NCBI GenBank assembly: GCA_030248215.1
Contig: JASANG010002537.1
Location: 558,001 to 608,990, forward strand
Length of the DNA stretch: 50,990 nucleotides
Source of the DNA: Enoplolaimus lenunculus
Lineage: Eukaryota
Direction of reading: 5' to 3'
Below are positions 12,928 through 27,228 of this stretch, piece by piece. Under the pieces are notes generated by a model. The model had not been told where the DNA came from. It was given only the letters and a program-made list of their open reading frames with translations, and did no database searches. The position numbers and the translations under genes are program-made. Position 1 is the stretch's first letter. Each line of letters starts with the position of its first letter.

Positions 12928-13466
12928 ACCAGTTGTAGTGGGACTACATGTAATGAGCGAAGCTCGAACACACTTATACAATTAAGCTAATATGCAAATT
13001 AGTTATTAGGTAACTATTCATTTATCGGTTTTGGAGGTTTGTAAACAATTTATTCAGATTTTTCGCACCCAAATACCCTTCAGAACCCTAAAAATTAGTG
13101 AAATATTGCAAAAAGTCTTAATTTAGGCTTATTAATCATGCAAATATGCAAATTAGGTATTAGCCAACTATTAAATTATCGGTTTTGAAGGTTTGTAGAC
13201 AATTTATTCAAACTCCTCGCACCCAAAACCCTTTATTGCTGAAATTAGACCGCATGTATCTCTAACAATTAGTAAAATAGTGTAAAAAAGCACAATTTAG
13301 GCATAATATACAAATCAGTTAATAGAGCACTATTCATTTATCGGTTCTAAAGATTTAGAAATATTTTACTTAGATTTCTCGCACCCAAATACCGTTTAGT
13401 ACTGAAATTACATTGCTTGTAACCGTAATAATTAGTGAAATATCTTAAAAAGTCACAATTTAGGCT
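12928..13466 (-). mobile_element. DINE-1/Helentron-like element, 5'-truncated copy
   Basis: accagttgtagtgggactac...gagcgaagctcg end plus internal tandem repeats matching 21905-22884. Confidence 0.7.
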
Positions 13467-14419
13467 TCTCAGCGGGCCCGTAGCCAGACAGGGCCAGAGA
13501 GTTGTTGCTTAGATATGATGACATTGCTATATTTTGATGCGATTTCTGCAAACATTGTAATTCTTTTTCTTTTAAATTTCAAATGTTTAACGGCAAATTC
13601 GGTGCCGCAATTTCACAAATTTAATCATGACTCAAAACCTTAGTGGCAACTTTGATGCCGAATTTTTAAAATTCTGGATGCCCGTCCCCGTTAGAAATTT
13701 ATGGATCCGCCAGTGCACGCAGCTACAAACTTGGAGCAGTCTACTTGTAAGCCGTTCAGCACTACTGTAGAACACACATATATAAATATGTAAAAATACG
13801 CATATGGATATATACGTATATACATTAATATACGTATATAATATTATATATGTACGTAAGTGCATACATAGATGCTTGTATATGTCGTAAATGCGGAATA
13901 TTGGCCTCCGAAATACCAATATTCGGCACAAAAACAGCATTAACCTTCGCTCCTACACGCACAGATAAAGAAGAGAAAAATATGTGCGTGCGTACACACA
14001 ACATTTTGCAATAGTGCGCGTTCGTACTGGCAGATTTACGCGGGCATCCAGGCTTAAGGCCAAAATTCAGCCCTAAAATTGCGTTTAGATTCTCGCTTGC
14101 GTTGCTGGCAAGCTTTTTTCGCGATTTTATCACGCGGAATCCCCGATCACAATATTCTGGATTCGCCGCTGTGTGTTCGAAAAACCCCCGTCGCAAACCA
14201 AAAGCGACGATAACACGCCGTGGGCCACGACGAACCAAGCTCAAAACTGTTTCCAAAACGAACCCTCGTCGCTGGGCTGCCCGGCTTTATTTTGGTAAAT
14301 GCATTATTCCAACAATAAAAGTATCGCTGCTGAAAATATGAGCCATATTTTTTTGCACTGGCAACGGTTCAAAATATGATGATACATTCGTACTTTACGT
14401 GACAGAAAAGTATTATAAA

Positions 14420-14800
14420 GTTAATACTATCAATATATATATACACACACTTGAAGTGTATCTAATTGCTATTAACGTTTTTAAAACTTCCATTTCCTTC
14501 AGCGCCGGTTTAAATGCGGGCCCCTGGCTTTTCAGCAAAAAGAGACCTCCCTCCAACCGAGAACCGACGACATGTTTCAATGGGTAACAAGCCATCAAAA
14601 CCACTATGGGATTTTTGGGGAGTACTGATAGCCGTAGGTCATATACAGAAGGGTGTACAAAATACTTTCCTGGACGTTGAGAAAGCTCTTCGGATTTATC
14701 TTTTTTATGATTTCTATTAGGTTGGGTCCCAAAGCCTATGTCACCTATCATTGGCGATCCCAAACTTTGTGTAGTCTGATAGAAAGTTTAGTAGTCAGAT
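14420..14800 (-). pseudogene. Possible highly decayed LINE ORF2 fragment (post-RT region)
   Basis: Frameshifted remnants WDPT, FLNVQ and GLLPIE occur in the order expected for VW.P...L..VQ...GL.PIE; weak. Confidence 0.25.
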
Positions 14801-16726
14801 TAGTTGTATTCGAGACAGAGCAACTCCGCTCACATACCTATAATGCCCTTGTACCTCTTTGTAATACTGATCCTTATCCGCCATCACCGAACTATTTTAG
14901 ACTGCTTTTTATGAAACAGACAACCATCTTATAACCGGCTGCAGGCCGGCCAGCCGGATGACGGCTAGTCCACGCTGCTACCAGTTTCGAGGCTAGCGCT
15001 AGGAGACTCATACCCTCGCTTATTGCTGCTCCTTGATAAAACCCCTCACCACCGCGGAAGGCTGACTCCTGCCGTCCGCACAACAGGTGTTCCGAATCGA
15101 AAACAAGAGTATAGGGAAAAAGCTTTTCCCAAAATAGGGTGGTCGAAAAATGAAAAGACAAAGACAACAGGAACCGCGCCATCCATTCTTGGACTTTAGA
15201 AAATATTTAAAGTTCGGTGGAATCATAAATGTGTTCCTTGGCCGCAATTTTGTTTTGTACTTCTGGTACAATTTATTTCATTAAAATGTGTCACTTTAAG
15301 CTTTGGTCTGGTGCATAAAATAACGATGGTTATTAAAAGGGCCAGCAAGTTATCTAGGCGGCAGATCTTTTCGTTTTAATCTTATAAAAAACTTTAAGCA
15401 GTTTGTAATTATAACTCAAAAACCACACAATTAGTCAAAAATTTATAAGACAATAAAATATAACAGTGTCACAATGTATGCATGCGCACGAGGGTCGGGA
15501 ACCTGCGAACCCCGGCCCCCGGCGAAACCGATCGAGCCACCCTGCGATTTCATCAGGTTGATCCGGTAAAACATAATAAACCACCATGCGTTACACTTAA
15601 AAATTCCTAACTCGATATCAAACCAATCACGAACAGTAAAAACAATCTGACGACCTAAAACACATCGAATTACGTTCCTTACTTTCGTTCACTTCGCAAT
15701 ATCCAACCATATCCGTTGGCATCCTGCCAGCTTCCGGCCATTACTAACAATGATATGCTACCTCCTCCATCAAACGTTTCTAAGCTACAAGAAACAACAC
15801 TATTAAACGGCAACGAACGATTATGCTTAAAATAGATATCCTTTAGCGATCTCTCACGTGATTTCTAACGCTCTCAGCAGCAAAACGGCTTGGCTGCGAC
15901 CACCGCACACACCGATGTGTGATTGGCAAAAGCCTATAACCACGGCTGTAGCTACGATGCCAATTTGACAGGGGATAACCACGTCGTGAAAGTTTTTTTG
16001 CAAGCGAGCGTAGGCAGCAACGAATTTTAATTTTTTTTTACATCTGCAGGTTACGCTACAGCACAGCCTCTAAAAGTGCCGTTTTCGAGCTTCTAAAATT
16101 TCTGGGGGTATATTTTATACTGTACCCTTGAATACGATTCTGTCTATAACCGTCTAATAGGCACCCACAGGCACACACACACCGCCCAAACAACCGTTTT
16201 ACACACACACATACGTAAACACATATACCATGTTCTTTTTAAAAATATGTGATGCGAGATGTATCCGATTTCGAAAAGCAGGCACACTCAACTCATTAAT
16301 CATTATGAACAACACGCACCACTGGAGCCCAACAAGGAATTAGTAGTTTCATGTTTTCTTTCTTGGCCTATTTTTTCAAACTAAGAATTAAGTATTAAGT
16401 ACCTATTTATGTATGTCCTACAATTATATATATACATACATACATATATTTATATATACGTATATATATTACAACCAATAAATGCAATAATTGCCAATAT
16501 TGTGTACGGGTAGAACCATACGAATGAATCTATATACGATACATCGACTCTACTCGCAACCAGATTCCAAAACTACAAGAGTTGAAAATATATGAAAAAT
16601 GAAAAAAACTTTTGCAAGATACCCATTATAAGGGATTGGCGGTTTCTGTCTTGGACTCGTATCAGTTTCGCTTTTCTTGAGTATCGGTGGTTTGCAAATC
16701 GAGGCCAAAGACTTGAAGAAGCGATA

Positions 16727-17885
16727 AACAGTTGATTAAAGAACGAAGCAATGTTTTGCTCGTATTTTAGACTAAATATATACATGAGTGAACCACTAAA
16801 AGTTGGCTACTTGTTTGTTTCATTCTAAATTTATGACTATAGATGGGTACCGGATATGAAAAATATTCGGATATGAAAAATATTCGGATATGTATCCGAA
16901 ATGCTATTGTGTAAATAATTTGTTGGGATAATTTGCATCATTTAACCATTAAAGTAGATGGAGCTGACGAAAACAAATTCTGTGTTCAAATCGGAGTTAC
17001 AATTTTAAATTCTTCAAACATGCCAAAATTAAAAGAAAGACTTCAGTTTAGCTTGATATTTCTCGGACTAACGACTTCGTATTCGTATTTTTAAATAAGG
17101 TCAAAATCGAATACGTACCGTCAAGTATTAAATTTATTACGTTTGCAGGAAACAAAATCTACGTACTTTATATAATTGAGTAATGATGGTAATTAGTAAA
17201 AGTCTAGCTTGCAAATATGGCAATCTGTACAGGGCACATTTGAATTTTCCATAACACAGAACCCATGAGCTCACAACTTCTGAATTAGCATCATACTCAG
17301 TTAGGCTTGGCGTCGTATTAAGCGATCAAAATTTAAAAAGACACCCAGTATGTAACTCGCGATGCGACTTGGTATATGTATATATTTAAGTAGATTTAGT
17401 TTCTTGCAAAGGTAATAAATTTAGTACTTGACAATGTGTACTTTTTCCCTGGGCTAATTTAGAGATAATTTAAAAATACGACGTTGTCATATATACCGAT
17501 AAATATCAAACTAAACTGAAGTTTTTTAATTTTGGCATGTTTTAAGAAATCAAAATTTTAAATCATCATGGAATTATGCACGATTATGGTTCAATATTTT
17601 AACTCATGTTTGAATACAGGATTTGTTTTCGTCACCTCCAGCTACTTTAATGGTGAAACGATGCAAATTATTCCAACAAATTATTTACACCATAGCATTT
17701 CGGCTACATATCCGGATATTTTTCATATCCGGATATCCGGTGTCCATGTATAGTCATAATGTAGTAAGATAATCACTTTGAGGGAACTTGATACTTTATT
17801 AATACAGTCATTAGTGGTTCACTCATGTACATTTAGTCTAAAGAGCGAGCAAAAAACATTGCTCAGTCCTTTCATCAATTTAAAC
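16727..17885. mobile_element. Large fold-back element with ~340-380 bp inverted arms
   Basis: 16727-17067 is the diverged reverse complement of ~17496-17885 (e.g. tacatgagtgaaccactaa / ttagtggttcactcatgta; ttcagtttagcttgatattt / aaatatcaaactaaactgaa). Confidence 0.7.
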
Positions 17886-20800
17886 TAGCTCATCTTATAG
17901 CAATTATTTATCGTTTCTTCACGTCGTTGGTCTCGATTTGCAAACCACCGAGACTCAAGAAAAGCGAGACCAAGACCGAGTCCTGTGACAGTAATCGTTC
18001 ATCCATGATAATAACATCTTGCAAGTTTGTTTCATATTTACACAACGCAAGCGTAATGAATGAGCTTTTTGCAGAGTTGATCATCAAGTATGTTTTAATT
18101 AATATTGGCACTGACGGCCGCATATAATAATCCGTCTAAGTTCATTTTCATATGTGCGCAACGTCTGTTATAATTGGAGTTGAAGATAGTTTATTATGTG
18201 AATGTTATCAATTGTAGAGTTTGTGCCACCATTTCAAAGTGGCAAATAAAGTAAACAAACTAAAGTTTAGTGGCGTTTTATTACGTTTAATTGCGTGAAT
18301 TAAACGGCAATTCTGAACGCATAAAATATTCAAAACTTTTGTTACAAAAATATTTTTATTTTCGCTGACCGGTCAATATTTAATCGACACCGAGACCGAA
18401 AAGTCCCAGCGTCATCTTGGTAGAGTGGGTCTCGGTCTCAGTAACGCTTTTTAACCGATACCGCCAATCCCTCGTTATTATATATATTGTATTAAAGGAT
18501 TTTTGCGATTTTCAAAGCGCTCAATAAAACTCAAAATGTCAAAATGCTAGATGCCACAGTTACACGGCAATACATAAAGTCAAACCTTAACTACGTATAT
18601 ACACCTGAATAAAACAACAAACCTCTTTTGCTTAATCCGACCTGCAAACGGCACTCAAAAATCTTATCGGACAGTCAAGCAAACAATATATGTAATGTGA
18701 AACGCACCTTAACCCGTTGGGTTCCAACTATATATTAATTACGCCAGACCAAGAACAGAAATCCATTTTTTTCCAGTCTCGCATGAAAAAGTGATCCCAC
18801 CCTCAAAATGAAACAAGGCACATTTTCATGGGGGTCCCATTTTTGTAGTACATACTGTCGTGTGAAAAAACGACCTCCAGTAAAGAGACCCCTGGTTATT
18901 TTTACACAGCGTCGCATGAAACAATGACCCCCGTTAAAAGAGACCCCGGTCAGTTTTACACAGCACAGTATTGAAACTATCCTCTGTGACATCAATTACT
19001 ACTTCCCGCTGGCGAACATTCTATAAGCACAGTGAAAGCTTAATTTAGATAGCAAAACTAAGCAAACCGCTTTTACTGGTCATAAATTTAATGTACAGAC
19101 TATGAAGCGAATTTAAGTTCAACAAAAAATTGACCGGAAAACTCAAAACAAACCACCACATACATTGGGGTAGCAGCCTGACTTTTGGTTGAGGGGCCAC
19201 ATCGCTAAACTGTTAAGGTTGGTTGGTACTTACTTGGCGTGCATTTCATGCGTGAGGTGTGATTACAAATAACGAATACCATAAACTGTACCAATTTTAT
19301 AACAACAGTTTATTACCAATTAATACTTCCAAACACAAAAAATAAACCGTCGAAGGTGCTTTCGCTTCCGTAGATAATCAAATCCAAAATACAACAGATT
19401 AAGTAAACACCTATCTTCAAATAAGGTTATTTCAGCAATAATATAGCAAAAAAAAAGAAAATTAGACTTAATTTTTGGGTGGCTTCTGTTTTCTTCTGTT
19501 TTACCTTTCCAATTTTGTTTACGGCAATTTTGTCAAATTCCGGTTACTCCCTGCTCCCTGGATCCGTGACTGCATACCATCCAGTGTCAAATAGTCCGGA
19601 GAGACACTGTTGCGTTGCACACAGTCGAAATACGTATTCCACGCCGATATCAAACCTAACTTTAACAAGGCGGTATATACGTATAATTCGTTACCCGTAG
19701 GACTTGTTTACAAAATGTAATTAAGATTCAACAAGGGGTTGCAAACACACAACAATTTGCAATGAAAACAAGCGATAACAATTTTTCCAAACTAAAGTAT
19801 ACAAAAATCTTAAACCGTATATACGTATATTATTATCTTACCAGCTTCTTCATTGAATATAAAAACCGAACTAAAACTTACATATGCAAAACCAAGCATA
19901 TTATGGTCAAGAATGTATTCTGTGCTTTGTACAGTTCTTCTGCCACCACAAGCTTAAGCTTATACGCAAGCCTGAGCTCACACATACGACTATTCCTAAG
20001 CCTAACTGTACGTCTACCAATCGTAAACATAAGTGTGTGCTAAATTGTTAAAATTTCACAAACTGAAAGAAAAGTTCACGAGAGTTGTACTGCGCGTATT
20101 TCCTTAATAAAACAAATAGTTATACTCACGGCTATATATATTGTTTTTTTGCGTTCAAAATCTTAACGAAAAGATATTCAGATATGTTTGTGGTTTTTCC
20201 ATCATAGTCTTAGACTTACGCTTAGGATTTTTTTCACGCTCCGTTTATGCGGACAAAACTCTACAAGCATCTTGATATCTTGTCGAAACCTATTTGGTCC
20301 CCCAGTCCATAATCAATCCAAATTGGTATAATTAGACAAGCAATTTCTGTTGAGGCCGATACTTATTTAGATAAACCAAAATAGTGTCCATTGTGGCAGT
20401 GGCCGTTGACTTTCCTAAGTGGTTTCCCTTACGTAATCTGCCCGAATTCAACCTATAGTGAACCGTGAACGTAAACAACGCTTACAAAATATCTCTGCAA
20501 ACCCGTAGCCAGCTCATCTTGCAATGGGGGCTGAAAAATTTTCTAGACGGTCATTCAAGGCATTTCAATGACTTACAAGCGAGATTGAAAATTTTCTAGG
20601 GGGTCAAAATTTTTCCACGGTGGCTGGCTGAGCTCCCCCTGTCCCCCTTGGCTACGGGCCCGTACATCTGGGAAACGATCGGTCAACAATGTTAATAAAT
20701 AATGCAAACCATTATCGTTCGTTGCTTGCGAGCAAAGACCATAAAATGTTGTCAGTTATTAATATATTACTTATGCATTTCGACTACACTCTACTACCTA

Positions 20801-21367
20801 CCGACAACAATGATATATCCCAGATTTCAGTACATATATTACAACAACACACATTATGACACACACAAAAAACACATTCAACAGTGTTGTAAAACACACA
20901 AATATAAACATAATATAGTGCGAAGCTGACGTTCAAATCTTTTCTTACACCATACAAAGTCAACACACAGACACAACCAATATACATAATCCATTAATGC
21001 AAGTGAATGTACACCCATGTCGGAGCAGACAGGGTGGGTGAGCCCCCCCCCCCCAAACTCGCAAGCGAAGCGAGTGAGATACCAGACGGATTCTAAAACT
21101 GCGGCGGTTTTTGCTTCAACCTGTTACAGTGGACTGTGGAGCCCGTTTAAGGGTGGTGCCCCCCAAATCACGGTATAGCGGTGACTACTCAGGCCCTGCA
21201 CACATACACTACAAAAACAAAAACATATTACGCTTGGTAGCAAACTAACAGGCCACCCTGTGGTGGACGCTTGCTTTAAAACACAATCTAATACGGGTAC
21301 AACGCAGCCAAAGAAATGGTCCGTTAAAAAACAAACTACACGAATCATAAAGATGCCTGCCTAAATA

Positions 21368-21445
21368 AAGAGTCGCCGCCCATCATTGAGTCGCCGGCCT
21401 TCATCGAGTCGCCGCCCATCATCGAGTCGCCGCCCATCATCGACT
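21368..21445. repeat. Short tandem repeat, ~18 bp x4 (gagtcgccgcccatcatc)
   Basis: Directly visible tandem units. Confidence 0.75.
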
Positions 21446-21684
21446 AAATAAACAAGTTTTCAAACGTAAAATTTTCTAATTAAAACCATGCAAATTTTTA
21501 ACGCCAAAAACATCTCATACCGCGACGCAAACGCACAAGCTATTTTTAAGCCTAAGTGAGACAAAAAATTACCGTTGCAATAATAATAAACGCTACTGGT
21601 GGCCATCATTTTTTTGTAATAAAGTTAATTGTCATATGAATTGAATATCTGAACGGCGAGCTTGCTGTTTTCAACAGTCAATAC

Positions 21685-21831
21685 TTTAAGTTGTATGTCA
21701 GTCTAGATAGGAACTGTGAACTTCAGACCTTTTTTACTAAGCAGCTGGAAACGCGGGTTACGGCTGGTTTCGAACTGACAACTTTCTGCGTGTCAGGCGG
21801 ACGCTGTTACCACTGCGCCACGTGGGCCGCC
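21685..21831 (-). mobile_element. tRNA-Val-derived SINE head / tRNA pseudogene
   Basis: Minus strand ggcggcccacgTGGCGCAGTGGtaacagcgtccgcctGACacgcagaaagttgtcaGTTCGAAACc has A and B boxes and a tRNA-Val-like anticodon arm; acceptor and T stems are degenerate. Confidence 0.6.
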
Positions 21832-21904
21832 TCTCCAATTGCAGTTTTCGTTAGATTTCATATGTACTGCTACTGTCGCTATAGCAAATGTTCGGAATAA
21901 AGGC

Positions 21905-22884
21905 TTTATTGAGCGAAGCGAAACTCCGAGCGAAGCTCGGAGTTTCGCGAAGCGTTTTATGTTTTGTACTTGGGGGTCGAAAGGTGGATGTCCGTCCGTC
22001 CGTGTGTCCATCCGTCCGTCTGTCCGTCCGAAAAGAATCTCAGGAACGGCTGAACCGATTTTGATAAACTTTTTTGTTTGAAAGCCAATTATCCTGGGGT
22101 GTTAACCTCGCATTGGGGTTTTAAAAATTAAAAATTTAAGCCGTTTATTAGCTACAGGCTAATTTGCATAATTAATTAAGCCTAAATTAGGACTTTCCAC
22201 AATATTTCACTAATTATTAAAGTTAGAAGCAATCTAATTTTAGCATTAAAGGGTTTTTGGGTGCGAGGAATCTGCGTAGACTGTTTACAAACCTCCAAAA
22301 CCGATAATTGAGCAGTTAGCTAATAGATAATTAGCATATTAGCATCGTTTATAAGCCTAAATTAGGACTTTTTACAATATTTAACTAATTATTAAGGTTA
22401 AAAGCAATATAATTTCAACACTACAGGGTTTTTAGGTGCGCGGAATTTGAATAAATAGTTTACAAACATCCAAAACCGATAATTGAATAGTTAGCTAATA
22501 ACTAATTTGCATATTAGCTTAATTAACAAGACAAAAATAGGACTTTTTAAATTATTTCAATAATTATTAGGGTTTCCTGAAGGTTTTTGATTGCGAGGAA
22601 TGTGAATAAATTGTTTACAAATCTTCAAAACCGATAATTGAATAGTTAGCTAATAGCTAATTTGCATACTGGCTTAATTGACAAGACAAAATCACAACTT
22701 TTTAAATTATTTCAATAATTATTAGGGTTTACAGAGGTTTTGGGTGCGAGGAATCTGAGGAAATTGCTTACAAACCTCCAAAACCGATAAATTAATAGTC
22801 GGCTAATAACTAATTTGCATATTACCTTAATTGCTTACGTGTGTTCGAGCTTCGGTCAATAAATGTAGTCCCACTACGACTGGT
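21905..22884 (+). mobile_element. Apparently full-length DINE-1/Helentron-associated (HINE) element
   Basis: 5' subterminal IR attgagcgaagc followed by hairpin gcgaaactccgagc-gaa-gctcggagtttcgc, (GTCC/GTCT)n microsatellite, central tandem repeats of ~165-180 bp, 3' gcttcggtcaat and stem-loop gtagtcccactac: the DINE-1 layout. Confidence 0.75.
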
Positions 22885-25734
22885 AAATAAGTATTATTTT
22901 GGTAGGATGTCGCAATATTAATCGGCATTGATTATGTCAACACTTTTAGTGAATAGCAGTATAGGCATTGCAACAAATTACCGATATCAATGTGTAATGT
23001 GTATGATCATAAAACCGTGATGCCACTTGCGTATTTGTTTGAAAAAATTAGTTTAATTGAACTGTTCTCATACAAATATATAACAGGTTTATGGTTGCCA
23101 GGGTTTGAATGCTCGCGTTTATAATTATGTAATGTAGTAATGCCAACGGTTCGTTAAGCATCATGTACGTATTAAAATTAGAATCGTCATCGATATCGGC
23201 AAAATATGAAAATAAGAATAGGCATCGGCAATTAGTGAAATAATGTAAAAAATCATAATTTAGGTTTAACCAATTAAACGTATATGTGAAAATTACCCTT
23301 CGTACACAAAAAAGTTGTATAATAATCGGTTCGTTGCCTCCTGAGATTGTCGTCGGACGGACAGATGGACAGACAGAAGAGCTGTTGAGCTATCCACTGG
23401 CAGATTCATATGGGTGCCGGCACCCAAGGCCGCTCAGTTGGTGCAAAGCGGAACTGGATTATACCGGAATCGGGATCGGAAACGGAACGGCAAATTTATA
23501 CGAGAATCAGAATTACAAAATTTGTTACTATATGGAAAATTTGTATTAACAAGCGTAATATTCATTTATGATGTCTATTTGGTGGCGACATTACCCAAAA
23601 ACGTCGCATAAGCAAATTAGCAATCATTCTTTGACTCTCTAAACCTAAACTACAATCAATTATTGATAAGTTAACTTATCGAAAACGATTGAATACATAC
23701 ATAAGGCAGAATGTTTATACAACATATCACAACAAGCTGGCCTAAAATTAAAATGTGGAAATTACGATTCCGATTGATTGTGCAGAACTCGTTTTGAATC
23801 GGAATTCTAATCGGAGTCAGAATTCCGATTGTACCCTGACTAGGATCAAACCCAAAATGTTGTCTAAAGATTTAGCACTTCTAAAATTGCCGTTTTGCCT
23901 TTTTTGCCGGCTTCGCCCGCGAGCTCTGAATCCACCACTGGGAGTAATTTGGAAGGTTCATTGCACAGAAACGATAAAAGCCATTCAAAAAATATTTTCA
24001 TTAAATATGCCAACCTCAACTCCGGAGTACGTACGTACGAGTAGATATAGAAACTAAAATTATGACAGCCCTTGCGCACATAAAATAATAATCCAGTACG
24101 CAATTTACCTCAAAACCATGCGCTCGTTCGCTCGCTCGTATATTATCTGGACGAATTTTTTCTACGCTGCTCAGCGAGATATATAAAACTGGAGGCCATC
24201 AAAACTTACATTTAACGGAGGACACATAAAATCGTAAATATTATATATAGATATATAAATATATAATATATAAAATAAACATACATGTATAAATATTTAT
24301 TTTTATATATGTTTATATTCGTGTGTGTCCACAACAACCCCCTATCGAGAAATTACTAATACAGGCGAAAAAGCGATATATAATAGTAAAAACAAAAACT
24401 CGTGGAGCAAGAAAGTGGAACACAATGTTAGCACAGTTAGCAGCACTAAATTTAAGCACAAATTTTTGATTTGGATTAAGGTTGCGAGGTCTGGCAATGG
24501 GTTGACACTCGGCACCCTTCGACCGTCGGGTGAACATACAACTCCTGTGTTAATATTTACTATACTACCACGACTATCACGTAGGTACGTAGTATATAAT
24601 ACGCATAGAGTTCGCAGAAAATTTGACAAATGCTGCGTTGGCAAGCAATTTTAACTATTTTAAAAATAAAAAACACCATAAAAATACCACCACTAACTAC
24701 ATGTATACATATAGTAATATTTTGAATTTGAGTGGCCACACTAGCGGGTCCAGAAGAAGGGCGGAAGGACGGGGGGAAGGCGTACGCCCTCCCGTCAGAA
24801 ATTGTTTGTGATAAAATGGTGAGGCGTCTCCTTCTAATTTTTCCCTCACATACTTTTTGTAAAAATTATATTTTTCCCTCAGATATTTTTTGTGATAAAA
24901 TGATAAGGTCCCTGCCGTAGCTTACAACTTTTCGCCTTCAGAAAAATTTTTGGTCATCAAATGATAAGGTCCCTACCATATAATTTTTGTATTTCATAAC
25001 ATTTGCCAGCCCGTCCGCTCCCCGTCAGACATTTCTGGATCCACCTTTGGAGTGGCCATGCCAAAGTTTGCAAAATTTTATTTTCAAACCACAGATAATA
25101 ATAATAATAATAAATAATAAATAATACAGCGTAAACGCGACGACCGAGGGTACAAGCGAAACAATAAAAAAACACAAACGTAAATGAAAAAGTTATCGTA
25201 TTACAGCATTTTATATTTCACCATAATTCGCGTGCAATACACTAAAAAACAATAAAATAAAAACACAAATATACTACACATAAAAACTTAGACAATTCTA
25301 CTCGTATTTAATAAACACATTGATCACACATACGTACTACAAAATAATAATGCGGCACTACACAGATACCAAATAGGATACAAAACACTACGGTCATTTC
25401 CATACCAACAACCACAAACAAAATTACTAAAACTTAACAACCGATCCCAGCCCCTCACAAAACCATCAACTGGGAGACGCCTTCGTTGTTCAGGTCCCTA
25501 AACTTGACAGTCAGCAGTACGGATTCAATGAATAATTTGTCCGGTTACACGTTCTTCCATTCATTATTCAAACTGTTATCACTCTTGGTTACCCAAACAT
25601 AGTTTTAACGTATTCCCTCAACCGGTCCACCCTGAACTCAGATTTGAGCCCTGGAATTAATACAAAAAAGTCGGCAAAATTTTCTTTTACAACACCAATA
25701 ATTATCGTTATAGGCGACGCCCCGCACTTGGCGT

Positions 25735-25815
25735 AAAACCAACCCTCTTTAGGATCAGGCTAAAACCAACCCTCTTTAGGATCAGGCTAAAACCAACCCT
25801 CTTTAGGATCAGGCT
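25735..25815. repeat. 27-bp tandem repeat x3 (aaaaccaaccctctttaggatcaggct)
   Basis: Identical tandem units. Confidence 0.85.
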
Positions 25816-27228
25816 TAGGTTTTTTGGCAAAGACGTACGTATAGTAATTTCAAAATGCTTGGCTATTCTTTCGTACAGTATAAGATACCAATCCAAATAG
25901 TTCAGTGGAACGGCGATGAGTTTGAAAATAAATCTATTGTAAGTTGTAATCGTTGTTCAAAGCATACGACACAGACGAGCTAAACCATCAAATTTCATAA
26001 GGCTCACGCGAGTATGCACTGCGTACGTATTTTATTTAAAAGTCAAATATAGCGGACAGACTTCTAACATGAAAGTCGATGTGAAAAACAATACATTCTA
26101 CAACGCCTCTCTATATGTATTATATTTTTATTTTATTTGATGGCTACCGAGTATTGCTGTTGACCTCCTACATTTACTATACCTAGCAAACCGGATGGAC
26201 TGGACCGGAAGACGACCAACGGTCTCATTCATTCATTCATTACTGCGAATAATTGCAGCTTTAGGGTTGCGCTTACCGCACGGTGGCGTCCAGCTTAGTG
26301 CAGTATACCGCACCCCTTACAGTTTTGCTCCGGTCTAATTTTATCTCAGAAAATAGAAATACCGTTTAAATTCTGGCCATCGATTGGGTTTCCGGTTCAC
26401 ATTAATTATCACTACAATAGCGCGTAAATATACCCGCAGTATTTGTACGATCGAGCCCACCGTGGATGGACACATGACAGAAAATCGTAAAAAAAGAGCT
26501 CAAGACCTTCGCCGAACACCATATTACTGCAAAAACCTTCCAGAACCAAAAACCAAACAAAACTTCTCCGCCTATCCAACGCAGATAGAAAGTAACATAG
26601 CAGAACGCAATATATATTTGCTTATAAAATAAACATAACACAGCATAGTCATAAACAAATAGATATATATTATATATAAGATATATAATATCTATTTGAT
26701 TGAATATATACATTAACTTTTCGTAAATTTTGAAACTGCTAGTTGCACATGCTGAATTAGAAAAACGTAGTGCAACAAAACTAGGCTTTAAAACGTCCGG
26801 ACTATAATCAGCCACCACAGATATCGAGACAAGGTACTGTTAACAATAATAATAAAAATAATAATAATAATTACACGATTCAAATTATATTTTTACCGTC
26901 AACTACAACAACTACGCACTATTCAATTTTTACTACTATTTTAAACAGCTTCTGTCGACCAATCAAGACGGACGTACACTGGATCTATTTTCAATATGTT
27001 AACGTTATACAATTATTTGCGAACCCAGATCGGGTCATACATTTGAGAGTACATTTTTAAGTTAAGCAGTAGCATAATAGACGTCTTCGGCAAAAAATTG
27101 GCCGCGGATATTGCCGAAAACGAATCTACGACGTACGGATAACACGCTCGCTTCTCTAAAAACTGTACGTATACATGCGCTATTTTTAGTTATACCGATG
27201 CTAAATTGCGTACTTTCAGACACCAAAC

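Noticed and set aside
15490..15570. Hammerhead ribozyme (CUGAUGA on the minus strand near 15550)
   Set aside because: No GAAA after a stem II on the same strand; the CGAAAC is on the opposite strand.
21755..21831. Functional tRNA-Val(GAC)
   Set aside because: Acceptor, anticodon and T stems have mismatches, GAC-anticodon Val tRNAs are atypical in eukaryotes, and a SINE-like tail follows.
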